From Octopus sinensis (lineage: Eukaryota): a stretch of 64,000 bases of DNA. The notes beneath the pieces were generated by a model. That model saw nothing but the letters and a program-made list of their open reading frames with translations. It made no database searches and was not told the DNA's origin. Each line of letters begins with the position of its first letter. Position 1 is the first letter of the stretch. This document shows positions 27,101 through 37,534 of the stretch, piece after piece. Both the position numbers and the translations under genes were made by a program. Where the stretch lies: positions 65,422,464-65,486,463 of the forward strand of contig NC_043011.1 of the NCBI RefSeq assembly GCF_006345805.1, written 5' to 3'.

Positions 27101-27252
27101 ATAGATTTCGGAGCTCTGAATTTTCCTTCTTACATCTTAAACGTCCGCCGGTGTTCTCTTTTAATCGTCCCTCGGTGTTCTCTCTTAAACGTCCCCCGGT
27201 GTTCTCTCTTAAACGTCCCACGGTGTTCTCCTCTTAAACGTCCCCCGGTGTT
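24174..27252 (-). mobile_element. R4/Dong family 2, copy G; 5' end present, ~1 kb of the 3' end missing
   Basis: Colinear with copy B from ~9828 to the 5' end. RT motifs GIFQGDTPSP, YMDDLKLY, WIDYKKAFD. Myb-like KWTREEY. Confidence 0.95.
27136..27252. repeat. Five tandem ~24-bp units (CTTAAACGTCCNCCGGTGTTCTCT) at the 5' terminus of copy G
   Basis: Units 27136-59, 27160-83, 27184-207, 27208-32 and 27233-52 (partial). Copies A and B carry one unit. Confidence 0.95.
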
Positions 27253-27258
27253 ATTATT

Positions 27259-28064
27259 ATTAGAATTCCTGGCAAAATGGTAAGTGGTATTTCGTCTGCC
27301 GAAGGCGGCGGGCTGGCAGAAATGTTAGCACGCCGGGCAAAATGCGAAGCCGTATTTCGTCTGACGTTACATTCTGAGTCCAAATCCCGCCGAGATCGAC
27401 TTTGCCTTTCCTCCTTTTGTCTGTCTTTGTTTGTCCCCTCTGTGTTTAGCCCCTTGTGGGCAGTAAAGAAATATGTATTTCGTCTGCCGCTACGTTCTGT
27501 GTACGAATTCCGCCGATGTCGAATTTACTAAACTTTGACCTTTGTAACTAATATGCATTATCCATGACAACTCCTTTTTGGTTCGCTTGTAATGTAACTC
27601 TTCAGAGATAAGCTATGAAAAGGAATATACGCAGGTGTGCTTTCTTTGGATATATTTTATTTTATTTGTCATGTTCTTAGAATTATTCAAACAAGAGTCA
27701 GAGACCAGCCTCTGCATCTCGTGCACGCAGTCATTGAAAGCTTCAATTCCATTGATACATCGTTGAGTTTCTAAGGAGTCAGTATCTGACACCATTTGTT
27801 ATTCCTGCTAATTATGTAGTGCTACCACACTACATCTGATCAGGAGCATAGATGCACGCATCTTCAACCACTAAGAGACAAGCTTAACTGGTTATGCTGA
27901 AGCAACTGACAAGCAAATTTGTGGTATTGAGCAAAATATTTGCAGTAGCCCATGTTTTATATCATGACAAAACAATGTACATGATAACACTTCCAATAAG
28001 ATTAGATCAGAAGCCATGGGAGCCATTGCATGGTACTACATCAGGGTTATTATTATTATTATTA

Positions 28065-28135
<71 letters not shown>
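27259..28135. repeat. Right arm of the long inverted repeat (reverse complement of 4075-4953)
   Basis: Contains the inverted SINE (27301-27522), a unique spacer, the old repeat and (TTA)n. Confidence 0.95.
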
Positions 28136-28136
<1 letters not shown>

Positions 28137-28164
28137 TATGTATGACTTTTGCTTTATATTTGTA
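28136..28164 (-). mobile_element. ~30-bp 3'-terminal fragment of family 3
   Basis: CTATGTATGACTTTTGCTTTATATTTGTA vs 14436 CTATGTTTGACTTTTGCTTTATATTTGTA, directly on (TTA)n. Confidence 0.8.
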
Positions 28165-28289
28165 CGAGTTGTATCGTAAACCACTGAGAGACATGCTGAA
28201 TTGGTTCTCCTGAAGCAACTGAAAAAAAATTTGTGGTATTGATCAGAATAGGGGAGAATAATATTACATCCGGTTTCTACTTTCTCTTC

Positions 28290-28309
28290 CTCTTCTTCTT
28301 CTTCTTCTT

Positions 28310-28396
<87 letters not shown>

Positions 28397-28427
28397 ATTA
28401 TATTATTATTATTATTATTATTCTTAC

Positions 28428-28506
<79 letters not shown>
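28290..28506. repeat. (TTC)n followed by (TTA)n
   Basis: Seen directly. Confidence 0.97.
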
Positions 28507-28509
<3 letters not shown>

Positions 28510-28940
28510 TAGTTTTATTTTTATAGCGTGCTTTCACTTCACTACCGAGCGCAGCTCTGTGTGCCTTGGGTATGTGCTGTGATTTGTTGTGATGCTCTGA
28601 TGGTTATTGTATGGAAAGTGTTCTGCGTAGGATGTGTGCAGTGCCTAGTAGTGCAATTTTCTGTATGTTATATGTGTTTGTAAGTCCTGGTGATTTTGTT
28701 ATGTATTTGTCTGAATAATTTTTTATCATGCCTAATGCACCTACTATGATAGGAATTGTTTCTGTTTTCAGATTCCACATTCTAGTTACCTCTATTTCCA
28801 GGTCTTTGTATTTTGAGAGTGTCTCCATTTCTTTAGAGACACGTTGTCATCTGCCGGTATTGATACCGTTGTCATCTGCCGGTATTGATACCGTTGTCAT
28901 CTGCCGGTATTGATACCGTTGTCATCTGCCGGTTTGATAC
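28507..28940 (-). mobile_element. R4/Dong family 2, copy H, 5'-truncated (~360 bp) plus junction repeats
   Basis: 3' UTR and C-terminal codons (KYKDLEIEVTRMWNLKT...LSIQ*). Confidence 0.95.
28842..28940. repeat. Four tandem 25-bp units (CGTTGTCATCTGCCGGTATTGATAC) at the truncation point of copy H
   Basis: Units 28842-66, 28867-91, 28892-916 and 28917-40 (last has a 1-nt deletion), then (TTA)n. Single copy in B, D and E. Confidence 0.97.
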
Positions 28941-29003
<63 letters not shown>

Positions 29004-31016
29004 TTTTTCTTCTTCTTCTTCATATTTTTCTTCTTCTTCATCGTCATCATCCTAGCTGTCGTCGTCGTCGTGGACATCATCTTCATCATAATCATCATCA
29101 TCATCATCCTCATCAACAATAATGTGCACTAAGTAACGTCGGTTTGGTCCTATCTGTTTATAGAATTGGATGGAATTTAACGTATATATTTATGAAGTTC
29201 CGTGTATCTCAGCTAAAATCGACTGTGATATTGCTAAATCCTTCTTTTTGATAGGTACATCCCCGAAAATTCTTTCCAATGTGCGTTTAGCGTTAGGGCT
29301 AAAAAGTGTATATACGGTGGTTGAAATATATCATTCCACATACATAAAACTTGTCGGACATAAAAATGCGAATCGTCAGATAATGAAAACAAAGGCAGTG
29401 AAAAAATCATAAGTGAAATTTATACGTTGTGCCATTCTAGGAGAAGCACCTGTTACATCAAATACGAATGATGTTATATGTGACGTATTCACCTACGCAG
29501 GAGATAAGACGTGGAATATGAGAGGCAACAAAACCATGATAGCATTCTACATATACCTTTTGCTTCCTAACCTTGGTAAGTGTTTTGAAAATTACATAAC
29601 GTAAATGGTTATCTATGAATTTACATAGAATTCTAAGCTGATATTTGTCATTTTTCATTTTTTCATTTTCATCTAGTTTCAGCTCCCAAGCTGTGGCCAA
29701 GCTGGGGCACCGCCATGCGGTGTTGCTACACGATTTTACTTCATGAATGCTTTTTAGCAATTGACATTTGGTGCATGAGAGAGTTTGATGCAGCTTCCCT
29801 CATTTGCACCTCCTGTCTTGAAGTTGGTTCCTCTGGGACACCTTATAGTAAGAGGTCCAACTTTATTTTAAAGGCATCCTCATCCACCCCATGCTTGTCT
29901 TTCAGGTCGTCCGAGAGGTAATTGAAGATCAGTGGACCTCTGAAACCAAGGCTATCACAGTATCTTGTCCTACATCTTGAGGGAAAATTTGGAGTCCTTG
30001 GCACTATTCAGCGGCGCCCAGTTCTAGCATTTGTGTAACTCTCGATGCCAAAGTTTGGGACAATTCCTTCTAGGATATTCCAGATGTATATTATGGCATA
30101 TCTTTCTCGCCTACGCTGTAAGGTATAGAGTCTTAATCTCTTGAGTCTTTCCCAATAACTTATATGCTGCACAGAGGCTATCTTCTTCGTGTAGCTTCGT
30201 TGGATCTCCTCAAGTTCTGTGATGAATTTGACACTAGATGGTGACCATAGCTGAGGCCAATAGTCAAAGAGGCTTAGGACAAGCGTCCTCCAGAGGACCA
30301 TTATGGTTTATTGGTCTCTTGTTCTAAAGCTCTAAGAATCCATCCGGTAAGCCGCCTATATTTCTTGCCCAACTTAGAAATGTGCACATGAAAGGTTGCA
30401 TCATCACTCATGTAAATACCCAGGTCTCGCACTGATTGTTCCACTGGGATTGCAGTCCATCCAGGTCCAGTGTATTTATTGGGTATTGCATTTATTTTTG
30501 CGTGCTGATAGCATAAATCTTGAAACTTTTCAGCATTGAACTGCATGATATTCTTTTCAGCCCAATTGTATATTTTGTCCAGCTCACATTGCATGTGCTT
30601 AGTGTCTTCAGGGTTCTGAATTCTCTTTACTGTTTTACTCTTTTACTTGTTTCAGTTATTTGACTGCGGCCATACTGGAGCACCGCCTTTATTCGAGCAA
30701 ATCGACCACGGGACTTATTCTTTGTAAGCCCAGTACTTATTCTATCGTTCTCTTTTGCCGAACTGCTAAGTGACGGGGACGTAAACACACCAGCATCGGT
30801 TGTCAAACAATGCTAGGGGGACAAACACAGACACACAAACACACAAACATACATATATATATATACACATATATACGGCAGGCTTCGTTCAGTTTCCGTC
30901 TACTAAATCCACTCACAAGCATTTTGGTCGGCCCGGGGCTATAGCAGAAACACTTGCCCAAGACGCCACGCAGTGGGACTGAACCTGGAACCATGTGGTT
31001 GGATAGCAAGCTACTT

Positions 31017-33108
31017 TATTTTATAACATTTTCCATAAAGGCAGTACATAGAGTAAGTTAGCTTTGCGGGCTGGACGAGGACATTAAGGAAGAGAGTGAT
31101 AATGAAAGAAAAATGACGGGGATGGGAGAAGACAAAAAGCGCCCGCCGACTTCTGCTTCTATAAAACATTGTTCTTTTAAAAACAAACACAAAACGAGGT
31201 ATTAAACCTCTTACAATTTTTTCAATTTTTGGACTTAACAGTCCATTACTAATAACAACATGGTTCAATAATTACATATATAAATACAATACACAAATCC
31301 CCTCCTCCCAGACCTGGCTTACACTTCCCTTAGGAATGCGCAATTGGACTCGTCCTCGAAATAACTTGTATCCGCGCCCTCCACCATCCACCACGTCTCC
31401 CTTAGAACGTAATCGAGTTCCGAGTTAGCGTCGCCCGGGACCAAGCTATAATCCTCATTGAGCTCCTTCAGCCCAAGCGTCACGTCGAAGGCCAAGGCCT
31501 CCACAGCTACCTGCGGAGGCCATTCGGGGTCCTGTGTGAAGGCTAAAGGTGCTCACTTGTGGTGCTTTTCCATCACCTTTTTAATCTCTCCGTCTCTATA
31601 GAAGAGGATCAATACCTTGTTTTTGCTCGGGTGCGGGATATTCAATTCTTTCGTTGGCGGCACAGTTCCCGCCAATGGTATTTCTTCTCCTGTTGGTGGC
31701 ACAACCCCAACCAACGTAGTTCCGGGACATTCCGCTGCTATGCCACCGATAGCCGGTAATGTCCCGTTTCTCTTCCTCTTTTTAATTTTTTTCTTTTCAA
31801 CAGAGGGAGAGTGCGTCTCCTCCGTGGCCGGAAGATTCGCCTTTCCCTCCTCATCCCTAGTATCTTTTGGTGAGCACCCATTGTTGCTCACCTTCCTCTT
31901 TCGGCCTCTGTTTGAGGAGTCCTCTGCTTCCTCGGCCGTTATCATTCCCTCTTCTACAGGGGTTTCACTTAACTGTTCCGGGATCCTATTTTGTTCCCGG
32001 GGACAGTTCTTCTTTATATGGCCGGACTCCAAGCACCGATGACACTTAGGGGGGCGACCCTCAAGCATCACCGGGTACCTGCACCCGGCCATTTAAAAAA
32101 AAATCTGGAAGAACCAGATTGGCTGATTGGGTCCAAAGGGTCAAAATTGCTTTCGACCCAACCCAAGCAGCCGCAGGAAGAACTTTTACATTAAGGAGCT
32201 TAGTTTCGCTGCTACCCAGACTCCGGCGGAGAGTCTCCTCTATTCACTCGGGTTCTATCCCGGGTGGCAGCCCGCAAATCCAAGCTTTCGTCAGTCTCTT
32301 TTTTTGGTACGTGGGCAGGAATAAAATTTCCTTACCCTCCAGAGGTTTACTAGCAAATTTGGAAGCCTCTTCAGGGGTGTCAAATAGCAACCACACCGTT
32401 GCATATTTGACACCCCTGGAAATGAATTTAATTGTTGGCAAATACTCTGCCAACTCCTTTTCAATTGCCGTCTTTTCGATGGTGTCGAGTGCCTTGGAGT
32501 AGGTTCTCAACACCACCGTCCTATCTTCACGGTCTTTTAACCACTTTTTAGGCGGTATGATCTCCCATTCCAAAATTTGTTATTTTTCATTGCCATGAAA
32601 GTCAATAACACAGCAAAAACCTTCTGGCCATTCGGTACTCCCGGCCTCAATTGAACCCAGAACTCCGCAACTGGAACACAACTTCCACAAAAATTGGTGT
32701 AAAATTGGTAAAAATTGTTCAAGCTTCGGAGGCAAAACACTCCCCTATATAACAGTTTTCACAATTCTTAAAGTACCTCACAGCACAATACAATTCTCAT
32801 AATTAGGTGAGAAAAATATTCACTCAATTATCGAAGACGAATACGCCCCCCCAAAAAAAATTCTCACAATTCAGCGAGAAAAATATATTTGCCCCATGTT
32901 GGCAGAATCAGAATTCTTAATCCAGTAGGATTTCCTGCCTGTAAAAAACAATTTTCAACAAAAACTCCCACTGGACCCAGAAAACAGAATCTTACCTTAC
33001 ATGGGGCTTCCAAAGTTTTCAATTCAATGAGGCTTCAAAAGCACGTCTTCACCGCTTCAGTGCCAAACACAACACTGACTCGCACATGCGCAGAAGCAAC
33101 CTGTTAGA
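31017..33108 (-). mobile_element. Non-autonomous ORF1-only retroelement (HAL1-like, L1/Tx1 ORF1 type), 2.09 kb, 9-bp TSD
   Basis: TSD AAGCTACTT at 31008-31016 and 33109-33117. A-rich 3' end GTTATAAAATA(AA). ~510-nt 5' UTR, ~300-nt 3' UTR. No RT or endonuclease sequence. Confidence 0.85.
31319..32596 (-). pseudogene. ORF1/gag-like nucleic-acid-binding protein (~425 aa reconstructed): RRM-like region + CCHC knuckle CHRCLESGHIKKNC + basic/acidic tail
   Basis: Track ORFs 32244-32573, 31553-32092 and 31319-31504 join through two in-frame TGA and two frameshifts at T homopolymers. The RRM-like call rests on pattern recall. Confidence 0.75.
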
Positions 33109-33619
33109 AAGCTACTTACCACACAGCCACGCCTGCGCCTTTGAAACTGCGTGTGAAACTTTTGTATCATCTGCATAACTTGTGATCGTGGCTCTCTTCA
33201 TGGCTGAGAAGGCAATTATGATCAGTAGTGGTCCCAAAACAGTGCCTTGCGGAACACCACTCACTATTTGTGTGTTAATGGAAGTGGCCCCATTTGCTAC
33301 TACCACCTGACTTCTATCATTCAGAAAGTCATGAAGGCATTCTCCCAATTTTCCTACTATGCCAAGATCACGCAGTTTGTGACATATAATTCCATGATCG
33401 ACTTAATCAAATGTCTTTTCGAAGTCGAGATATATGACTTCCGCATTTGAGTTGATGAGCAGTCGTTTCAGCACCCAGCCATAGTTTTGTAGGAGCTGAG
33501 TTAAGCAGCTAACTTGGAGAAGAGAAACGACGCGTTCGTTTGGTCATATGATAATATTATAATAAATAAATAAAATATATGCATATATACATATATGTAC
33601 ATACTTACATCTGCAGGTA

Positions 33620-34075
33620 TATATACAAGCAATTAGTCCAGAAGCTGGCTACCCGCATGGTTCTTGGTCTCAAGAATTTGTCTTATGAAGAAAGGCTGAA
33701 GACGCTCGACCTTTATTCTCTAGAAAAACGACGACGCCGTGGTGATCTCATTCTTGCTCACAACATCATAAGCGGAAAGTGTAACCTCTCGAAGGAGCTG
33801 TTCTTCACTCCTGCTCCAGAGCGTCGGCTGCGGGGTCATTCCGTAAAGCTCTATCTGCGACGATTTCATCTCAATCGAAGGAGAGGGTCTTTCTCCGTCC
33901 GGGTTGCGGATCCGTGGATTAAGCTGCAGGACGTGATGGTGAAGATGCCCACGACCGCTCAGTTCAAAGTCTCCCTTGACCACAAGTGGCCTTAACTGTT
34001 TACATGAACACCACCCTATACATAACATGTCCCCCTACATGGCCTTGCTTTTTTGCTTTTTGAGCAACAAATTAA
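33620..34075 (+). mobile_element. 3' end of a CR1-type LINE
   Basis: QKLATRMVLGLKNLSYEERLKTLDLYSLEKRRRRGDLI...RGHSVKL...SFSVRV..PW.KL. Confidence 0.9.
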
Positions 34076-34089
34076 CTATATAACTAACA

Positions 34090-34460
34090 TATCAGTACAG
34101 GACACCACAAATAAACGTAGAGCACAACGAGAAACGAAAACATAAAATCAAACACGGAAACGGACTTTTTTGAACAACGAAAAACCAGAGTACAGGAAAA
34201 GCAATACAAGGAACATTCCCGTTCATCAGCTCCCCTGGTGCGACTCAAAGCGTGTTTAGAAGGTAAGGGCAGAACACGGCCAGGCCTAGACAGTCCTTCC
34301 TGCAAAAGGAATTAAATAAAATTATTTTGATGTAGGGTAAAACAAGTGACAAAAACAGGACGAAAAAGCAATACAAATGAAGAAAAAACAGTACAAATAA
34401 TGAATAACAGGACATGGAACCAGCAAAAAGTGCTTTCTTTAGGCCTAGACGGTGGAGACG
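34090..34460 (-). repeat. Probable Penelope-like terminal-repeat (pLTR) remnant
   Basis: Resembles, from recall only, PLE terminal sequences. Contains GCTGATGAACGGGAAT. Confidence 0.3.
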
Positions 34461-34579
34461 CTCACTCTTACCCTTTACTTCACCTTTCCTCCCTGACTGT
34501 CTGTCTTCACATATATATATTCGGATATATTCCTTCTATATTTTATGTTTAAATATTATTTTTTGCAGTCATTATATTG

Positions 34580-34805
34580 TGGGCATGTTGGTGTAGCACA
34601 CATAAGGTTTTAATCAAACGGCTACGCCTGGGAAATTCTTATCTGTGTTCCATCTGCGGATACGTTCTGAGTTCAGATGTCGCCGATGGCACCTTTGCAC
34701 TTCATCCATTCGGGGTCTATAAAATAAGTAACAGTTACGCTCTAAATCGATGTCTGTCCTTGTTTGTCCCTTACATGTTTAGCTCCCCGTGAGCAATAAA
34801 TAAAT
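34580..34805 (+). mobile_element. Diverged tRNA-derived SINE
   Basis: CTGAGTTCAGAT B-box-like, TTGCACTTCATCCATTCGGGGTC, tail TGTCTGTCCTTGTTTGTCCC. Confidence 0.75.
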
Positions 34806-34825
34806 AATATCATTTTATTCTGTAA

Positions 34826-35208
34826 CTAGCAGTATCGCCCGGCGTTGCTCGGGTTGTAAGGGAAATAACTATATAAGCATTTTTAGAGAGTTATAGCCAA
34901 AAAATATCAAAAAAATGCATTAAAAATTGAAAAAAAATTAAGGTAATTTTTTTTTTAAATCGTTAACACATCGTAGATATTTTTAGAGAGTTAATTCCCT
35001 TATATAAAAGCGAAAAAAATGCATCATGATGGTAAATTTTTTTTAAATCGTAGACTCATCGTAGACGCGCGCTAATACCCAGAAGGGCTCGATATGAATC
35101 ACGACTATAAGATACACGCTTTTGGTTAAACTGCACCGCAAAATGTGAGAGTAGTTACGAATCTAAATCGTAAGAAGACAGACACACAACTTCACTCTTA
35201 TATAAAGA
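34826..35208 (-). mobile_element. Small non-autonomous Helitron (383 bp)
   Basis: Minus strand begins TC (35208), ends CTAG (34826), has a subterminal CCCG...CGGG hairpin (34838-34853) and is inserted between A and T. Confidence 0.85.
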
Positions 35209-35209
35209 T

Positions 35210-35987
35210 GCTTTTTTTTTTCAGTCATAGTGTTAAATTTATGAAGGTCTTCAGTAGAAAATCCTTCGAATTCTGACTCGCTGCTTGATATAATGAAATT
35301 CGTATCCATTTTTTGTCAGAATTACAAATTTTGAAAACACAATAGGAACAAATTTCGGAAAAAAATCTCCCATAATTCACGGAATTAAAATTACACTTCG
35401 ATTGTTGTAGAAAACTGTATTTGAAGTGTTTACGAAGTATAATACGTGTTTTCACGAATGTACTAAAGAGATTTACTCTGATATTCTCATTTAAATATGA
35501 ATAGGTAAATTCGGGCGGTTTGGTAACGAAAGGGTTTATATAAGTGTCGTCTGTTTATACACAAACACTGTTTCATACTTTCAGTTTAGTCTTCCTCAAA
35601 TCACTCTGTCGCTATTTACTCTCTTCCAAGAACATTTTCACTCACTCTTATCTGTTAGCTTGCCATACATTTTACTCATGTATCTATCAGCGTGATAGAC
35701 AGAAACAAATATTACATCTAGTTTCACTTTATTCGTTGCACACTGTGTGTGTGCGTTTGCGTGTGCTGTAAACCAGACTAAGAAAAGCATTTGACATACA
35801 CACCAGAATGTGAGTTTTCTGTAAATTTTGCTTAATTGGAGTTAAATTTTAACAACTGGACCTGGCAAAACCCGATGCATTCTACTCTTAAAAATGCTAG
35901 GTAAATTGTAATTAAAGAAATCCTATATTGTAGATTTCTATAACTGACAAAGGGAGGCAGATAAAATCTGCCTTTTATAATAAGAGA
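35210..35987 (-). repeat. Possible second Helitron-like remnant
   Basis: A^TC-like end (TAAGAGAT at 35981-88) with the hairpin GGCAGATAAAATCTGCC beside it. No 3' CTAG end identified. Confidence 0.35.
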
Positions 35988-36009
35988 TATAACAACATAT
36001 CAAAATTAC

Positions 36010-36480
36010 ATATAAGGAACGATTTTAGGAAATTTTGAATGAAACCGAATGGATCTGCTTCAAATATTGTGATATTTTCTTGTGATGTGATCAGTCAGAT
36101 GTGCTTTTGTTTACGTGTGAGAGGACGTGGTATCCATCGAGCAAAATCCCAAATAACGCCAGATTCATTGCCCATAATACCTGTAATTGTCTCACTGGAT
36201 ATGCTAGTACCGTTGGTAATTTAATTTTGAAAAAAGTCTCATGTTATCTGTCACCATCTGGGGAAGACCAGTAATGTCTTCCACTATAGTGGCAGTTGCA
36301 GGACGTCCAGGCATCGCATTATTTTCAAGTCAATCCATTCCACACCTAAATTCATCTGACAAACTTTTCCACTGTTTCTATTGCTCTAACATCACCCCTG
36401 ATGTAGCAACCATGCCCGCATGTGTACCTATGCAGATTAAACCATTTATCTGTCGTTTTGCAGTAAAGTATTTTGTCCAG
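36010..36480 (-). pseudogene. Tc1/mariner transposase relic (N-terminal HTH region)
   Basis: Manual minus-strand translation: KYF..GL...HAGMVAT.G / WKSLSDEFRCG..LE..AMPGRPATAT..EDI...QMV.DNMRL / ISSETITGIMGNE..ARWIPRPLTRKQK...SQENITIFEADP. This resembles mariner ARWVPRLLT-type sequences. Confidence 0.75.
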
Positions 36481-37489
36481 AATTCGCTACTAACTATTTA
36501 CGTTGTTTTTGAAGAGGCATTTATGAGTTTATCGGAAAGATGGCAGCTATTTATTAAGAGCTGCTTCAATGCATACACAATTTGAAAGCTCGTAAATAGC
36601 CCATGTTATTTGACAATTCAAAATTCTCATTCATTTATTGTCGTGCTATGAACCTTTCAGACTTCACTCTTTGTAACTATATAAACTTATGTATATGATC
36701 ACAGAAACTTATATGCGTTGGTGAGAATCTGGGTGGTGCGTGTGTGTCCATGTATGTATGTTAGTGAGTTTGTGCGTTTGTAAGTGTGTGTGTGTGCGTG
36801 TAGAATAGAGAAGTTATAAATCCATGAGCCCTTACACATATATAAATGTATATGGACTTGCATAAGAATAGAAAATAACTAAAATCATTTTATTTCGTCC
36901 AAGTTGTAATTAACAATGTCATATTTCCCTATTTTAAATTAGGAATATTTCTCGTTTCAGTTATTGTAACAGACATATGGGACACAGCATGCGAAGGCGT
37001 AGCACAAACCGTGTGCCCCAAAGAGTTTGATGTCTATAAAAGAAACAGAATCAACTGCATGTATGTTCCGTATTAATAATATTATTTACGTAACAACTAA
37101 ATTTATCAACTTTTAAACAAAATTTTGTCTATATAATTCATTATACAGAATCGAATGGTATTTTCTCGAAATCGTTTTCTTGCTTTTCATTGAACCACTT
37201 CTCACGGACCACAAACATCTTGATCCTTCGGGGAATACTGTATTTGCTTATTTGCGCAGTTATGTTACCCAACGCTTCCGATACATCTCCGAATGTTGCA
37301 AAATCGATGATCTCGGGAATGATACTTGAGTTTCCAGTAGACGCAATTGATGTAGAGAGCGAGATCTTGATTGTATATAGTGATTCGAGAAGGGAAACAC
37401 TCTTACCCCAAGATAGAAAATTGAGCTCAGACTTCCATTACGGAACATATGCCATGCGAAAGCTGAAGCAGTGCAGCTAAGCTAAGAAA

Positions 37490-37525
<36 letters not shown>

Positions 37526-37534
37526 TTATATATT

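Larger units (their letters stand above)
30633..33140 (-). mobile_element. tRNA-derived SINE (AGGCGCAGGCGTGGCTGTGTGG-type), parts 30633-31016 and 33109-33140
   Basis: A-box TGGCTGTGTGG, B-box GGTTCAGTCCC, internal (TA/CA) tract, GAGTAAAA tail. The two halves join seamlessly across a duplicated AAGCTACTT. Confidence 0.9.
29648..33545 (-). mobile_element. CR1/L2-group LINE, 5'-truncated, split by a SINE and an ORF1-only element (LINE parts 29648-30632 and 33141-33545)
   Basis: YLDFEKTFD, SGVPQGTVLGPLL, SYADDTKVSHAV | KRIQNPEDTKHMQCELDKI, LVLSLFDYWPQLWSP, LQRRRERYAIIY. 3' tail of (ATGAAA)-like repeats at 29648-29672. Confidence 0.9.

Noticed and set aside
27136-27252. 24-bp repeats (and the 25-bp repeats at 28842) as a CRISPR array
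   Set aside because: Units are directly adjacent with no unique spacers, there are no cas genes, and the context is eukaryotic.
32090-32106. U-UUU-UUA slippery site in the ORF1-only element
   Set aside because: A -1 shift leads to a stop within a few codons, not into the CCHC frame. More likely a homopolymer indel.
34195-34240. CTGATGA core on the minus strand
   Set aside because: No GAAA follows the candidate stem II.
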